Below, piece by piece: positions 25,636 to 38,379 of a stretch of DNA of 64,000 nt. The DNA comes from Mobula hypostoma (taxonomy: Eukaryota). Position 1 is the stretch's first letter. Every line of letters begins with the position of its first letter. The notes beneath the pieces were generated by a model. It was not told the DNA's origin, searched no databases, and was given only the letters and a program-made list of their open reading frames with translations. The position numbers were made by a program, and so were the translations under genes. The stretch lies in NCBI RefSeq assembly GCF_963921235.1, contig NC_086108.1, positions 86,182,001 through 86,246,000 of the forward strand, read 5' to 3'.

Positions 25636-26412
25636 TGTCTCTATGCAGGTTAGAGGACAGCCAAGTGATCAGGTTTCCTGAAATAAGCTCTGGCCATAGA
25701 ATTCTTTATCAATAGTATAGCTGTGGTCAAGTGTGTTGGGACCTCTGGTGCTACAGATTATATTCTGATAGTAACTGGACAGAGATTTCTTCAAACAAAC
25801 CTGTTTGAAATCCCTGATTATAATGTGAAATGGGGTGGACAAATTCTAGTTTGATGATGGCAGCATGCAGTGCCTCTAGTGCCTGATTATAGTTGACCAA
25901 TGGTGGTATGCAAATGTCATCAGGATCTTCCCATAGATTGAAGATAATCCCTGGTTTTTCTTCATCACTTGATTAAACCTCTGCACATTCTGTTCCACAT
26001 CATGTGATCTACTTAACAATATTTGCTAAATCTGTGATAAACTGTTCAACTTTCTCTGTTCCTTATCACCTCCACATTGCATCTATTCCACAATTTCTTG
26101 GCCCAAAAAGCCAACCCTCCTCTCAGAAACACAGATCACCCCAATCTATAAACCACATTTTCTCACTTAGCTTTCCACTTTGTCCACTGTTAGTTAACCA
26201 TTTTCATGAGTAATTCCACCACCATTAAACGGTTGACTATCTAACTTTCTCTCTGATCTCATGCAAGAAGATATTATCCACACTCCATCACCCACCTCCT
26301 CAAAATGCCTTTATCTCACTGAGATTGGACGCCTTTAGCTATGCAACAACTTCTCTTTTCCACTCAGCAATTTTACCCCAGGACTCCCACAAGAACCTGT
26401 CCTTGGTTCTCG

Positions 26413-26640
26413 TAGATACAAGAGATTCTGCAGATGCTGGAAATCTAGAACAACACTCAAAAAAAGCTGGAAGAACTCAGCAGGTCAGGCAAAAGCTATG
26501 GAGGAGAATAAACAGTTGGTATTTTGGGATGAGAAATCCTGATGCAGCGTCTCAACCCGGAATATGTCAACTGTTTACTCCCCTGTGTGGATGCTGCCCA
26601 ATCAGCTGAGCTCCTCCAGCATTTCTTGTGTGTCATCCAT
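26413..26640. mobile_element. Inverted pair of Penelope-like terminal fragments
   Basis: GCTGGAAGAACTCAGCAGG on the left arm against CAGCTGAGCTCCTCCAGC on the right arm. A degenerate CTGATG hammerhead remnant sits at the inversion point, ~26535-26570. Confidence 0.6.
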
Positions 26641-26921
26641 AGATCTTTCCTGCTTCTCATCTTTATGTAGCTTCTTGACAACATTATCCCCAGAAAGAAG
26701 CCATAGAGGTGAAATGTCACCTCTTTTCCTACATTCCGATCATTGACATGCTTGAATTAGACCTCTGTATATCAGTCTATGGGCTTTGCATTCTGTTGAT
26801 TCCAACTTTCAAAGCTTCCCTCCGACTTTGTTCCTCAATGCTGACTGTTCCTTCAATGAAGTAGTCTCCACACTCTGGAGTTCCCTTCCCTCTGCCTCTC
26901 ATCTCCTTTTATTGTCTTTCA

Positions 26922-27281
26922 GCTGAGTCCTGGGCTCAGCTGGCTCCGGCTGACAGCACCTGGTATGGGCCCCTATACAGGGTTATGGATCCCACTGCCT
27001 CGTGGATATCTTCAGGAGAAGAGAAGGCTGAGGAGTAAACCCTACACAAATCCAGAGTGGACCCCCTAAGGCGGTTGGACGACATATCATGTCACCTCGC
27101 GGCAGTTCCTGCAGCCAAGCTGATGCCAAATGTACCACTTCGCATTCCTTTGGACCACATCCGTGAGGCCGAGAGGGGGACCTTGATGTCTGGGCAGCTC
27201 AGGATCTCCATATTTATCACCTAGGTCTGCGTCCCAGAACGGGCGCATCCACTGTCTACTTAGACAGAGCCATGATATGAC
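26922..27281 (+). mobile_element. Bipartite non-autonomous RTE element (LINE 5'UTR fused to LINE 3' end)
   Basis: 26930-27235 matches the reverse complement of ~51940-52260. 27236-27273 (GGGCGCATCCACTGTCTACTTAGACAGA) matches the reverse complement of ~47738-47775. A 10-bp TSD TTGTCTTTCA lies at 26912-26921 and 27282-27291. Confidence 0.9.
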
Positions 27282-28518
27282 TTGTCTTTCATCAAATTCA
27301 AGCATCTCTGGCTCTGCATTCATTTAAACTTTAGAGACTCATCTAGGGCATTTTTCAATGACTAACTGATATTTTCATAGACATCAGAGAGTTGTATGCT
27401 GTCCAGACACAAAATAACTAAAGTCTTTCCAAATGGAAATTCACTGATGGGTTGTCACCATTGCAAGCTGTTAATGGCAGAACAAAGAATAAAATGTAGA
27501 ATTTCTGAGGAGTGTGACACACTTTGTTGCTGGAGGTGAAAGCAGAGATGTTCGTGTATTTTGAGGGAAATGGTACTTGAAGAGAGGCAGAAGCAGGACT
27601 ACGGAGAAAATGGGATTCATTTTGTAATTTCATAATGAGCATCTGGGCACAGCACAATGGAGCAATGGCATGATAAGCTGGCTCTTGCCATTGGAAAGTG
27701 TTTCTAAATCAATATAATCCTGAAGAAAAGATTACTATATAGCTACTACCAATTATTTTGACAGCCTTAAGTGTCTACATATTTCTGCATCTAACTGTCT
27801 GAGGTTAGCCAACCTCATATGTTAATTATCTGGCCCCAGAGCTATGAATCACAGGTTCTAGCCCTGCTGTAGGACCAAAACAGATAAGCTGCACTGATAC
27901 TTCAAAACTAAGGGAAAGCTGTTATTAGAAGAGACATTTCTTTGCTTAATTGCCCCCATCAACATTAGCTGGTTGTTCACTTGCGATTTTGTGAACCATA
28001 AATGAGAAGAGTACTTAGTTTTATCAATTGACACTACCAGCCATCATCAGCAAGATATCAGCTTCTAACTATTACATCATTATTGCATCTTTTGAATGAA
28101 CAATGGCATTAATTGTGGCTTTTCCTCCACCTGCAGCGTCAGGAATGCTCACTGGAAATGTCTCGTCTAGCTTTACTCCCACACAATGCCTGCAGCAGTT
28201 GCCATGTTCTAGAGAGATCACCTGTACAGATTTCTGGTGAAGCTGATGAATTATTATATATCAAGTGTCACAGGGGCACTGCACACTTGATTGCTTAACT
28301 CACCACGTCAGCACACTTTGATCTTACCAATAAAATAGTTCCGAGTCACAAATGTGTTTAATTCATGAAGAAAATATATGCATTAATGACAAGGCTAGTA
28401 TACGTGTAATCATCGTTCTAATCAACGCTGGCAGGAGAGCAGACGTCGATACAATTGAATTGCTTCCTGGGCCAAATCGGAGGCGTATTTAAAGTGGAAT
28501 TACATGACCTTGGTCAGG

Positions 28519-29005
28519 AGTCAGACCACTTTATTAGGTAGACCTATACCCCTGCTCCTTAATGCAAGTATCTAATCAGCCAATCATGTGGCAGCAACTC
28601 AATGCATAAAATGTCATCAAGAGGTTCAGTTGGTGTTCAGACCAAACTTCAGAATGGAACAGGAATGATGGAAGTATTTTTAGTATCTCGGAAACTACTA
28701 ATCCCTAGGGCTTTTCATGCACAACAGTCTCTACAATTTACAGAGAAAGGTTTCGAAAACAAAAAAACACATCCAGTGAGCAACATTTCTGTGAGCAAAG
28801 ATGCCTTGCTTATGAGAGAGGCTGGAGGAGAATGGCCCGACTGCTTCAAGCTGATAGAAAGGTGACAGTAATTCAAATAACCATGCGTTACAACAGTGGC
28901 GTGCAGAAGAGCATCTCTGAATGCACAAGTTAAACCTTGAAGTAGATGGGCTACAGCATGAGAAGACCTTGAATAAGCGATAACTAATAAAGTGGTCACT
29001 GAGTG
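28519..29005. mobile_element. Tc1/mariner-type non-autonomous DNA transposon
   Basis: Inverted termini ACCACTTTATTAG ... CTAATAAAGTGGT. Confidence 0.65.
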
Positions 29006-29149
29006 AAGATTGGTCAGGAAGATATGCATAATTCCTTTCCTAAAGGATATTACTGAGTCAAATATAATATTCCAGGTCACCAATGCCATAATTCATCCTA
29101 GCTTAATATATCAGTGTTACTTAGGGCCACTGCTGTTTTAATGTTTACT

Positions 29150-29990
29150 AATGATTTGGGCTTTTGCGTAAAAGGCAGAATTTCTGAATCGGCAGATGAC
29201 TGAACACTTGGAGGCATGGTGGGCTGTGAATTGGAGAGCAATAGACTTCAGCAGGTATAGAGAAACTGCTGAAACGGCTACTAACAGGGAGATAAAATTT
29301 AAGGCTGAGCAATGTGATGTATTACATTTAGGTAGGAAGAATGAGATGAGGCTACATAAATCAGATGGCATCATTCTAAATGAGGTCAATGAACGGAGAG
29401 ATCTGTGGGGTACATGTGTATACTGCAGTTTGTCAAAAGTGGAAATGCAGGTATAGACAATGAATAAAGAAACATAAAGTATCCTGGGCCTTTTCAATAG
29501 AGGCATAGGAGTACAAGACAAAGAAGACATGATGAACTTTTACAAAACAGTTGATTATTGAGCCCATTTCTGGGGCGTACATTTTAAGACAGATGTGAAG
29601 GGTTTGGAAAGAATGAGGAGTAGGTTTACCAAAATTACTTCAGGAATGAGCCACTTATGTGATTGGAGTGGAGAAGATGGTAGATAGTTCTTGCAACAGA
29701 GAAATTTGCAAGTGCATGGGTAGGTGGAGAGAAACAATTCCAATTGGTGGAGGAGTGAAGAACCAGGGAATATGGAATGAAGAAAATCGGCAAAAGAAGC
29801 AAAGGTGACATAAACAAATAAATTACAAAATGATCATTAGGACCTAAGATGCTCTGCCTAGGATAGTAACAGAGACAAATGTTCATTAGGGAGCAGGATA
29901 AAATATCTGGAGAAGGAAACTTACATTCAGCAAGCACAGATTTAATAGGTCGAAGGGCTTCCTACCATACTATAACCATTCTGAGATTCT
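29150..29990 (+). mobile_element. Old CR1 RT/3' fragment
   Basis: Degenerate ADDT and CDVLHLGRKN motifs followed by a CR1-type 3' end. Confidence 0.6.
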
Positions 29991-30023
29991 CTGAATTAAC
30001 TGAGTTTTAATTTCCCAGCTGCC

Positions 30024-30785
30024 ATGGTCAGCTTTGAAGTCACATGGTGTAGAAAAATGAGGCTAACCCTACCATACATCAGTAATATTTCTGAAAAGAC
30101 AACAAGACTGCTCCAACCACATGGATTAATGATAGCACACAAACCCAGCACAGCCATCAGAGCACTTATCTTGGGACCTAAAGATCCAACAGCCCACATG
30201 GAAAGAACAAAAATAATATACCAAATCCAATGTGGAGACTGCCCCAAATGCTGTGTAGGACAGATGGGGAGAAAACTATCCATGCGTCGACATGAACTTC
30301 AGCTAGCTGTAAGAAGACATGACCCTCTGTCACTCATCTCAGTTCATGAAGACCAAGATGGACACAATTTCATCCGGGAAACTACAAAGGTCCTGGCAGA
30401 AGCACAAAACAAGAAATCAAGAGAATTCTTAGAAGCTTGGTTCTCAGTGGAAGACCTTATTAACAGATGTATTGAACTGGGTGCAATTTAGAAACCTATG
30501 CATCTGTGGGATGAGTGGCAGGCGCCCGAGGAACCAATGCTCACAATGGGCGATAATCAGGGATATAGGCCAGTGGGGATTACTCAGCTATCCCGTTGGC
30601 CGGGACCTAGCGGAGACTAGCAGCCAGTGCAACAGCCATTACAATCAGAACAATGAGTTGGACCAATATAATCATGAGAGCTCCGTAGAAACAACACTCA
30701 ACTGTGCACAGATGATGTCACCTTGACTGATGATAATACGTTTTTGACATAACCTCCAGACTCAGCGAACAACCCTACAAACACA
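30024..30785 (+). mobile_element. Penelope-like element 3' part: GIY-YIG endonuclease remnant plus pLTR
   Basis: ORF 30024-30491 reads LTLPYISNISE...KDP...IIYQIQCGDCPKCCVGQMGRKL..R.HE...REFLEAW. A degenerate hammerhead-like CAGATGATGTCACC lies at ~30709. Confidence 0.85.
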
Positions 30786-30863
30786 AGTATGATATTGCTT
30801 TTGGAGCAGGGTAATGTAATTGGTGGAAAAGGCACATAATTCACAACCGCGGTCATTGAGTTG

Positions 30864-31022
30864 TCTTACTATCTCTTCGTTCAGTTAGTCCTGACAAAGG
30901 GTCTTGGCCTGAAACGTCGACTGTACCTCTTCCTATAGATGCTGCCTGGCCTGCTGCATTCACCAAAAATTTGTATTTGTGTTGCTTGAAATTCCAGCAT
31001 CTGCAGATTTCCTCGTCTTTGC
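30864..31022 (+). mobile_element. Penelope-like terminal (pLTR) fragment inserted in the Gypsy LTR
   Basis: Reverse-complement match to 14810-14960. TSD GTCA(T/C)TGAGTTG lies at 30852-30863 and 31023-31034. Confidence 0.8.
30884..30925 (+). ncRNA. Minimal hammerhead ribozyme motif (core mutated)
   Basis: UUAGUC-CUGACAA-A-GGGUCUUGGCCU-GAAAC-GUC-GACUGU. The G>A change in the CUGANGA box is consistent with CpG decay. Confidence 0.65.
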
Positions 31023-33477
31023 GTCACTGAGTTGGGGTTCACTCTAAGAGGTTGGTCTGATGTGATGACTATTATGTGAAAATCTGTTACCGAGCTTTTT
31101 GTGTTCAGTGTTCAGACTACAATAAATGAGTTGCTGCAATTTCTCTTAATCATAAAATCCTTCAGGTAGTTTTATTTGCGAAAACTTACATTGGTGACCT
31201 GATGCTGTAGGACAATTCTAGAGTTATTGAACATATCGACTAATGCAGTCACTTTGAAACTGCCGGCGTTTTGGGAGCAAAATAGTGTTGCTTCACTTAT
31301 ACAAGCTGAGGCCCAATTCATGCTGCAAGAAATCACTGCCAACAACATCATATATTTCTGAGTAGTAACATTGCTCAGCAACTCCACAGCTGTGAGAGTG
31401 TCGTGTCTTCTAGAATACTTGCCTGAAAAAGATAAATGCTGATAGCTGAAAACTGACCTTTGACAAACCTGTGGACTATAGGAGTCTGAGTGTACCAAAC
31501 AGTTGCTCTCCTTGCCCCGCCTTGCTGATGCTAAGTCTTCGGAGCTAATGGACCATGTGCTGTCTCTCCTGGGAAATCACCATCCGTGTTTTATTTTTAA
31601 AGAACTCTTCATGCAGCAAATGCCTGATCAAGTTTGCATAGCAGTTGCTAATGCACCCATGAAGGATTATAGGGTGCTTGCTAAGATGGCTGATAGTCTA
31701 CACTCAGCTAGGCAGCAGTGCATAATTCCTCCTCCTTTCCCTGCCTTAATAAGCCCGGTCAGCAAGGCCCCCAACATAAAGACACCAGTGGTTGCGAAAC
31801 AGATGAGGCCGGGCCTGTATTTTTACCACGTTTGCTTTGGTATGAATGCTAGGAAGTGCTGATTGCCTTGCAGCTTCGACAGTGCCAGTGCATCAGGACA
31901 GATTCTGGCTGCCGGGGTTGTCTACTGTTCATTACGGACAGCCTTTCAGAGTAATGCTTCCTGTGTGACATGGGGGCTCAAGTGAGTCTGCAGCCAACAT
32001 CACCTACTGATGAGAAGGCAAAGAGCGTTGAAACCTTGCTGGAGGCCACCAATGACAACAGGATCCAGGCTTACAGTACACATCTGGTGACACTCTCTTT
32101 CAGTGGGCAATGTTACACATGGGACTTTGTCCTGGCTAAAGTGGTTAGACCTCTGCTTGGTGCAGGTTTCCTGTGTCCCCAACGACTGTAAGTCGATCGT
32201 AAGAACTGCCAGCTTGTGGATGTCAAGGATTTTGGGTCATTACCCTGCTGCCCCAGTAAGTTCCCCACAACGACTCTGCCAAGCGCATGCACCACTACAT
32301 GTGAGTTTACTCGAATGCTCGGCAAAATCCCAAACCTCACCAAGCTCACATTCTCCACTGCAGTCACAAAACATGGGGTCGAGTACCACATGTCCACAAA
32401 TGGCCCGTCAGTCCCCACCTGCGCAAGTAGACTGGATCCAGAACAGCTGGCAACTGCGAAGACTTGACATTGTACACTGGTCAAATAGCCCTTGGGCTTT
32501 GCCCCTATACACGCTCCCTAAATCTGATGGTGGTTGCCAACCATGTGGTGATAACTGAAGCATTAATGAGGTCATCACTCCCGATTGTTCTATATATCCA
32601 AGACTTCAGCAAGTTAATTTTTTCCATAGGCAATCTAATTAGGGAGCACCATCAGGTACCTGTATGCTTGGAGGACATTCCCAAAACAGCTGTGAGAACC
32701 CCACTTGGCACCTTTGAGTTTCTGTGCCTGCCATTTGGGTAAAAAATGCAGTACAGAAATTCCAACAGCTGATGAACACTGTATTAAAAGATTAAAACTT
32801 TCCTTTTGTTCACCTGGATGATGTACTTACCGCTGGTGCATCCAAATCCGAACAGGTATCTCATCTTCACACACTTTTTGAGTGCTTAAGCCAACATGGG
32901 TTGATTATTAAAACTATTTAATGCCAGCTTGAGTTGTCAACTATTGACATTGGCGGCCATTGCATCTCTGCAGAAGGAGCGATAACCTATCCCATCAAAA
33001 GTAGACCCTATTACGGATTTCCTACCACCCCGCACTATAAAGAAACTAGAGGAGTTTTTAGATATGGTGAATTTTTATCACCACTGCTGAACTTACGCTC
33101 CCCCTCTAGATGGTGCTTAAAGGCAATACCCCTAATCACGTACTTGACAGGTCAGCAGACATGAATAGAACCTTTGATGATACCAAATCAATTCAACATT
33201 ACCGGTGCGATTCTCCAACGTGCCTATAGCCAGTATAACTGACCTTCGGACTATGCAGTGGGTGCTGTGCATGAACAGCTGTCAGCCAGTCACCTTCTTC
33301 AGCTGCCAGATCTGTGCCCCCGAAAGAAAGTACAGCACGTTTGAATGTGAGCTTCTCGGTCTCTATCTGGCTGTCCGTCATTTTTGTTTTCTTCTAGAGG
33401 GTCACCATTTCACAGTGTTCATTGACCACAAAACCCTCTTCCCAATTCTGTTCACCAGATTTGGAATATCTCACAAA

Positions 33478-33590
33478 TACGATGCCAATAAAAATTATTC
33501 CCGCCCTTGGAAGTTTTCATAATTTATTGTTTTACAACATTGAATCACAGTGGATATAATCTGGCTTTTTTTCACACTGATCAACAGAAA
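33478..33590. mobile_element. Tc1-like terminal fragment
   Basis: Shares TTTATTGTTTTACAACA.TGAATCACAGTGGAT with 55305-55520. Confidence 0.55.
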
Positions 33591-34479
33591 TAGTGGGATG
33601 AAATTCTGTTACCGAGATTTTAGTGTTCAGTGTTTGGAGTACAATAAATGAGTTGTTATGGTTTTTCTTAAACATAAAATGCCTCATGCCATTTTATTTG
33701 CAAAAACCTACACTGGGATTGGTATGGGTTTATTGTTATCACATATACCAAGATACAGTGAAATGTCTGACTTGCTTACAGTTTATACTGAACAAAGCAT
33801 TACACAGTGAACTGAGCTAGAATAAGGTGAAACAATAACAATGCAGAATAAAATGTAAAACCTACCAATGGAATGTAGTACAGGTAAACAATAAAGTGCA
33901 AGATCGTAACAAGGTAGATTGTGAAATCAACAGGCCATATTATTTTATAACAGGTCTGTATGAACAACTAGGTTGAAGCTGTCCTTGAGCTGGATGGTAT
34001 GTGTTATCAGGCCTTTGCATTTTCTTCCTAATGGGAGAGGGCAGAGGAGAGAGTGTCCAAGGTGGGCAATGTTTCTCAATAAATATTGAATAATTTCGAT
34101 AAATTTGAGAAATGGAAAACACATGATAAGGTGCTGTAAGTTTCTGCCATGTACGTGACCTTAGGTTTGCTGTTGTTGCTTGGCCTCCATTTAAACACTG
34201 CCTTCATCTTAAAATTCTCAGTCTTGCACTGAAATCCTTCCAGAGCCCCACTCCTCCCTATTCCAGTTTTCTCCATCCCCATAATCCCAAGATCCTCCAG
34301 TTCCAGCCCTCTGATTACCCCGCTCCTCCTAGAGCAGCCAAATTTTCATTTGTCAAAACCCTAAGTTATGGGACCTCCTTTCTAAACCTATCCAATCTCA
34401 TTTTCCCTCTTTAAAGAGTTCTTTAAAACCTAAATCTTTGACTCAACTTTGGTCCTTTGTCTTAAACTCTTCTTTAATT

Positions 34480-34960
34480 GTTCAATAGTTCCATTTAATA
34501 TCAGAGAAATGTATACAATATACATCCTGAAATTCTTTTCCATGCTGACATCCATGAAGACAGAAGAGTGTCCCAATGAATGAATGATAGTTAAGACATC
34601 AGAACCCCAACCCCCCCCACTCCCCCTCTCATGCACGGGCAGCAGCAAAGCAACTATCTTCCCCCACCCCCACCCACCCCTGCAAAAAAGCATCCGCACC
34701 ATCCACCCACCAAGCAAGCAATAGCAAAGCCCCCAGTAAAAAGCATAATCTGCAGTTCAGCAAAAACTAATCGTTTATCCAACAATTTGACATGCCACAG
34801 ACTCACTCTCTCCCTAATAAAGGGAAAAAGAGGTGTTGACTTTCACAGTGAGATGGGAGACATAACAAAACAATTTGCTGATTTATAGTGTTAAAAGTCT
34901 GTTGCACCACATTTTATCTGTGATCTGTGTCCAGAGAATTGGCAACAATCTCTCACCCAC

Positions 34961-35009
<49 letters not shown>

Positions 35010-35342
35010 TGCATGATACACAGCTCCTGACAGCTTATCTGCTGTCCTGATGTTCCATTATCTCCCGCGACATTTCAGTCAGCAGCACCGGCTTAGAATT
35101 AGCCTGTCCCCAGGGCTGCGAAACCACGGAACCCTGATTGCGCAGTCGTCTTCTAGGCGGCATCCTGGGGATATCAAAAGATGGCCGGTCATGAGCCCCC
35201 GGGAGCGGATCACACCACCGCAAAGAACCAAAGTCTGAATGTAACTCCAGGTCAGGGTCTTCACCCTGAAAGGAAATAAAAAGTGACATCAAAGACGAAC
35301 ACAAAGAAGTCACAATTTAGTGCCATCATAACTCCGCCTCCA
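34480..35342 (-). mobile_element. Non-autonomous retroelement related to 15472-16205
   Basis: Shares the CATTTAATATCAGAGAAATGTATACAATATACATCCTGAAAT 3' end. The 5' end on the minus strand is GGAGGCGGAGTTATGATGGCAC. Confidence 0.6.
34965..35006. repeat. (GA)21 microsatellite
   Basis: Seen directly. Confidence 0.95.
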
Positions 35343-36064
35343 CCTATGTCTCCTGCCCATCCCCAACATCTTCCACTATACATACCCCATTTCTTAACTT
35401 CAACGTACCATAGCATCTTTCCTTGTCTCTATTTGTCCATCTATCACTCTCTCTCTGAGAAAATGCCTCAGGCACGAGAGTCTCTGAATTTTCTGCCGCA
35501 GGCCCATACCCAAATCATTAGCTTTCTGCACGAATACTCTTTCGCTTGCCTCCCGAGATGCCAACGAGTTTCTTGGCCACCACATAAATGCAGGTCATTA
35601 TTGTTGTTTTCAGCGTTGATGAATCCATTGCAGAGCTGGCTGTCAGTGAACTGGGATGTCTAACCAATGATAATGGGTAGAATTTATGATCAAAAGATCT
35701 TTTAAGTGCTATCAGAAACCTCACACTCTCACAGGTCCCATTCTTCCACATCAACAGTAAAAATACCTATCAACTTGCAGATTTTATCCAAGAGCACATT
35801 AAACTTGAAGGAGTAACACACAGAAGTGTTTATTGTCCAGTGACATTTTAAAAATGAGATTACTGTTTGCTGGAAGTCTGTTTGTCAGCGGCTTGACATA
35901 CAGAAACCTGCATTAAATAAACTCCTTTATCAGTGGGGAATTAATTTTAATGTTTAGCAAAACAAGGAACACTGAGACCGGTAAACAAAAGAATTTATTT
36001 TTACACTCTCAGGATATCCCAAACGGCATCACAATCAATGAATTACTTCCAATATATTGATACT

Positions 36065-37505
36065 GTCATCACAAGATCTCAAGACAAAGGAGCAGAAGTA
36101 GGCCATTCGGCCCATCGAGTCTACTCCACCACTCTACCATGAGCCAAATTATTCTTCCATCTAGTTCCAATTTCCGGCTTTTTCCCCATATCCTTTGATA
36201 CCCTGACTAATAAGATACCTATCAATCTCCTCCTTAAACACCCTCAATGATCGGGCCTCCACAGCTGTATGTGGTAACGAATTCCATAAATCCACGACCC
36301 TCTGGCTAAAAAAATTTTTCCTCATCTCTGTTTTAAATGGGTACCCTCTAATTCTGAGGCTGTGGCCTCTTGTCCTGGACTCACCCACTAAGGGAAACAG
36401 TCTTTTTCACATCTACTCTGTACAACACTTTCAACATCCGAAAAGTTTCTATGAGATGTCCTCTCATTCTTTTATACTCTAATGAGTACAGTCCAAGAGC
36501 CAACAAACGCTCCTCATATGTCAGCCCCTGCATTCCAGGAATCATCCTCGTAAATCTTCTCTGAACTCTCTCCAACATCAGAACATCCCTTCTAAGATAA
36601 GGGGCCCAAAACTGCACACAGTATTCCAAATGAGGTTTCATCAGTGCCCCAAAGAGCCTCTTCAACACCTCCTTACTCTTATACACTATTCCTCCCGAAA
36701 TGAATGTCAATATAGCATTTGCTTTCCTTACTGCCGATCCAACCTGGTGGTTAACCTTTAGGGTATCCTGCACGAGGACCCCCAAGTCCCTTTGCACTTC
36801 TGATTTTTGAATTTTCTCCCCATCTAAATAATAATCTCCCCAATTATTTCTTCTTCCAAAATGTATAACCGTACATTTCTTAACATTGTATCTCATCTGC
36901 CATTTCTTTGCCCACTCTCCTAAACTGACCAAGTCTCTCTGCAACCTTTCCGTTTCTTCAACACTTCCTGCTCCTCCACCTTTCTTGGTGTCATCCGCAG
37001 ACTTAGCCACAAAACCATTTAGTCCATAATCTAAATCATCGATATACATTGTAAAAAGAAGCGGCGCCAACACCGACCCCTGCGGAACACTGCTAGTAAC
37101 CGGCAACCAATCAGAATAGGATCCCTTTTATTCCCACCGTTTGCTTTCTGCCTATCTGCCAATGCTCCATCCATTCCAATACCTTTCTTGTAATTCCATG
37201 GTCTGTCATCTTATTAAGCAGCCTCTTATGTGACACCCTATTGAAAGTCTTTTGAAAATCCAAATACACAACATCCACAGCCTCTGCCTTGTCAATCTTA
37301 TTTGAGATTACCTCAAAAAATTCCAATTGGTTGGTGAGGCAGGAACTTCCCTTCATGAAACATGCTGGCTTGGGCTTATCTTGTCATGCACCTTGAGGTA
37401 TTTCATAACCTTGTCCTTGAGGATCGACTCCAATAACTTTCCAACTACCGATGTCAGACTAATAGGTCTGTAATTTTCTTTTTACTACCTCCCTCCTTTC
37501 TTAAA
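36065..37505 (-). mobile_element. CR1 LINE, 5'-truncated
   Basis: ORFs 37111-37356, 36381-37106 and 36161-36388 carry YLDFQKTF, VPQGSVL, ADD and PHLEYCVQFW. Confidence 0.9.
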
Positions 37506-38379
37506 CAGTCATAATGTAGAAAACAATGCTTCATGCTCCCCTTTAAATTCGTTACATCTGATACAGACTCCAACTGTTTGAACTCAGAAATATGTCATAA
37601 TAATCCAATTATCCAAAGTGTGCCTCCTTGCATCACTTCAAATTTATTTTGTTTTCCAGAACAACGAGCCTTCTGGTCTTCACTAACTGAGAAGATGTTG
37701 TGCAGTTTCTTCTCCACTGACCTTTGAAACCGACAAAAGCAAGTTAACATCTTCACTGACGTTCATTTCTCCCCACCAGGGAAAGACTCATTCTCTTGGC
37801 CTTTGCTGAAACTGTAAGTAGTTTGTAAGGGAGAAAGAATAATAACCCGTCCAAAATCCTGTTACAAGTCTCTTTCAAAACATCGCCATCTGCGTCTATG
37901 AGGAGCAAGTGTCCCATGCACTTTGAACTTTGAAAATTGAGCATAAGAACACAAAAAAAAAAACCTGTGTTAGGCAATTGGCTCCTTGAGCAAAGAAAGT
38001 AGTTGTGGTGCTTCGAATTTGAGAGACAGGCCTGCATGGTGGAAGAAGCTTGGAAGTGAAGTAGGGGTGGGGAGAACAGTGAAGCTTACAATTCCTCCAT
38101 TCTTTGTTTAAATATGATGATGGCTGATCCAGTCCAGGCCTCAACATCACGTTCCCACTCTCTTCCCATACCCCTCAACTTCTTTCTAGTTCAAAGACCT
38201 GTCAGTCTGTGCCTGAACATAATTGTTGACGATTCCTCCACAGCTCCATGGCATTGAGAAATCCTAAATCACAATTTTCCGAGAGAAGAAATTCCTCATG
38301 ATCTCCATTTTAAGTATGACACACTTTGTTTTGAAACCATGCTTCTGAGTTTCCGAAAATTCCAGAAGAGGAAATTAAA

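Larger units (their letters stand above)
30815..33712 (+). mobile_element. Degenerate Ty3/Gypsy LTR retrotransposon, integrase lost
   Basis: The LTR segment TCTGTTACCGAG...AAAC(T/C)TACA occurs at 31083-31190 and 33605-33712. PBS TGGTGACC starts at 31192. Gag has LKLPAFWEQN...AEAQF, RT has SNSPWALPL and DIPKTAVRTPLGTFEF, and RNase H has ERKYSTFECELLGLYLAVRHF. The left boundary is uncertain. Confidence 0.85.

Noticed and set aside
30024..30491. Domesticated GIY-YIG nuclease gene
   Set aside because: The YIG motif is degenerate (CVG), there is no gene context, and a pLTR follows.
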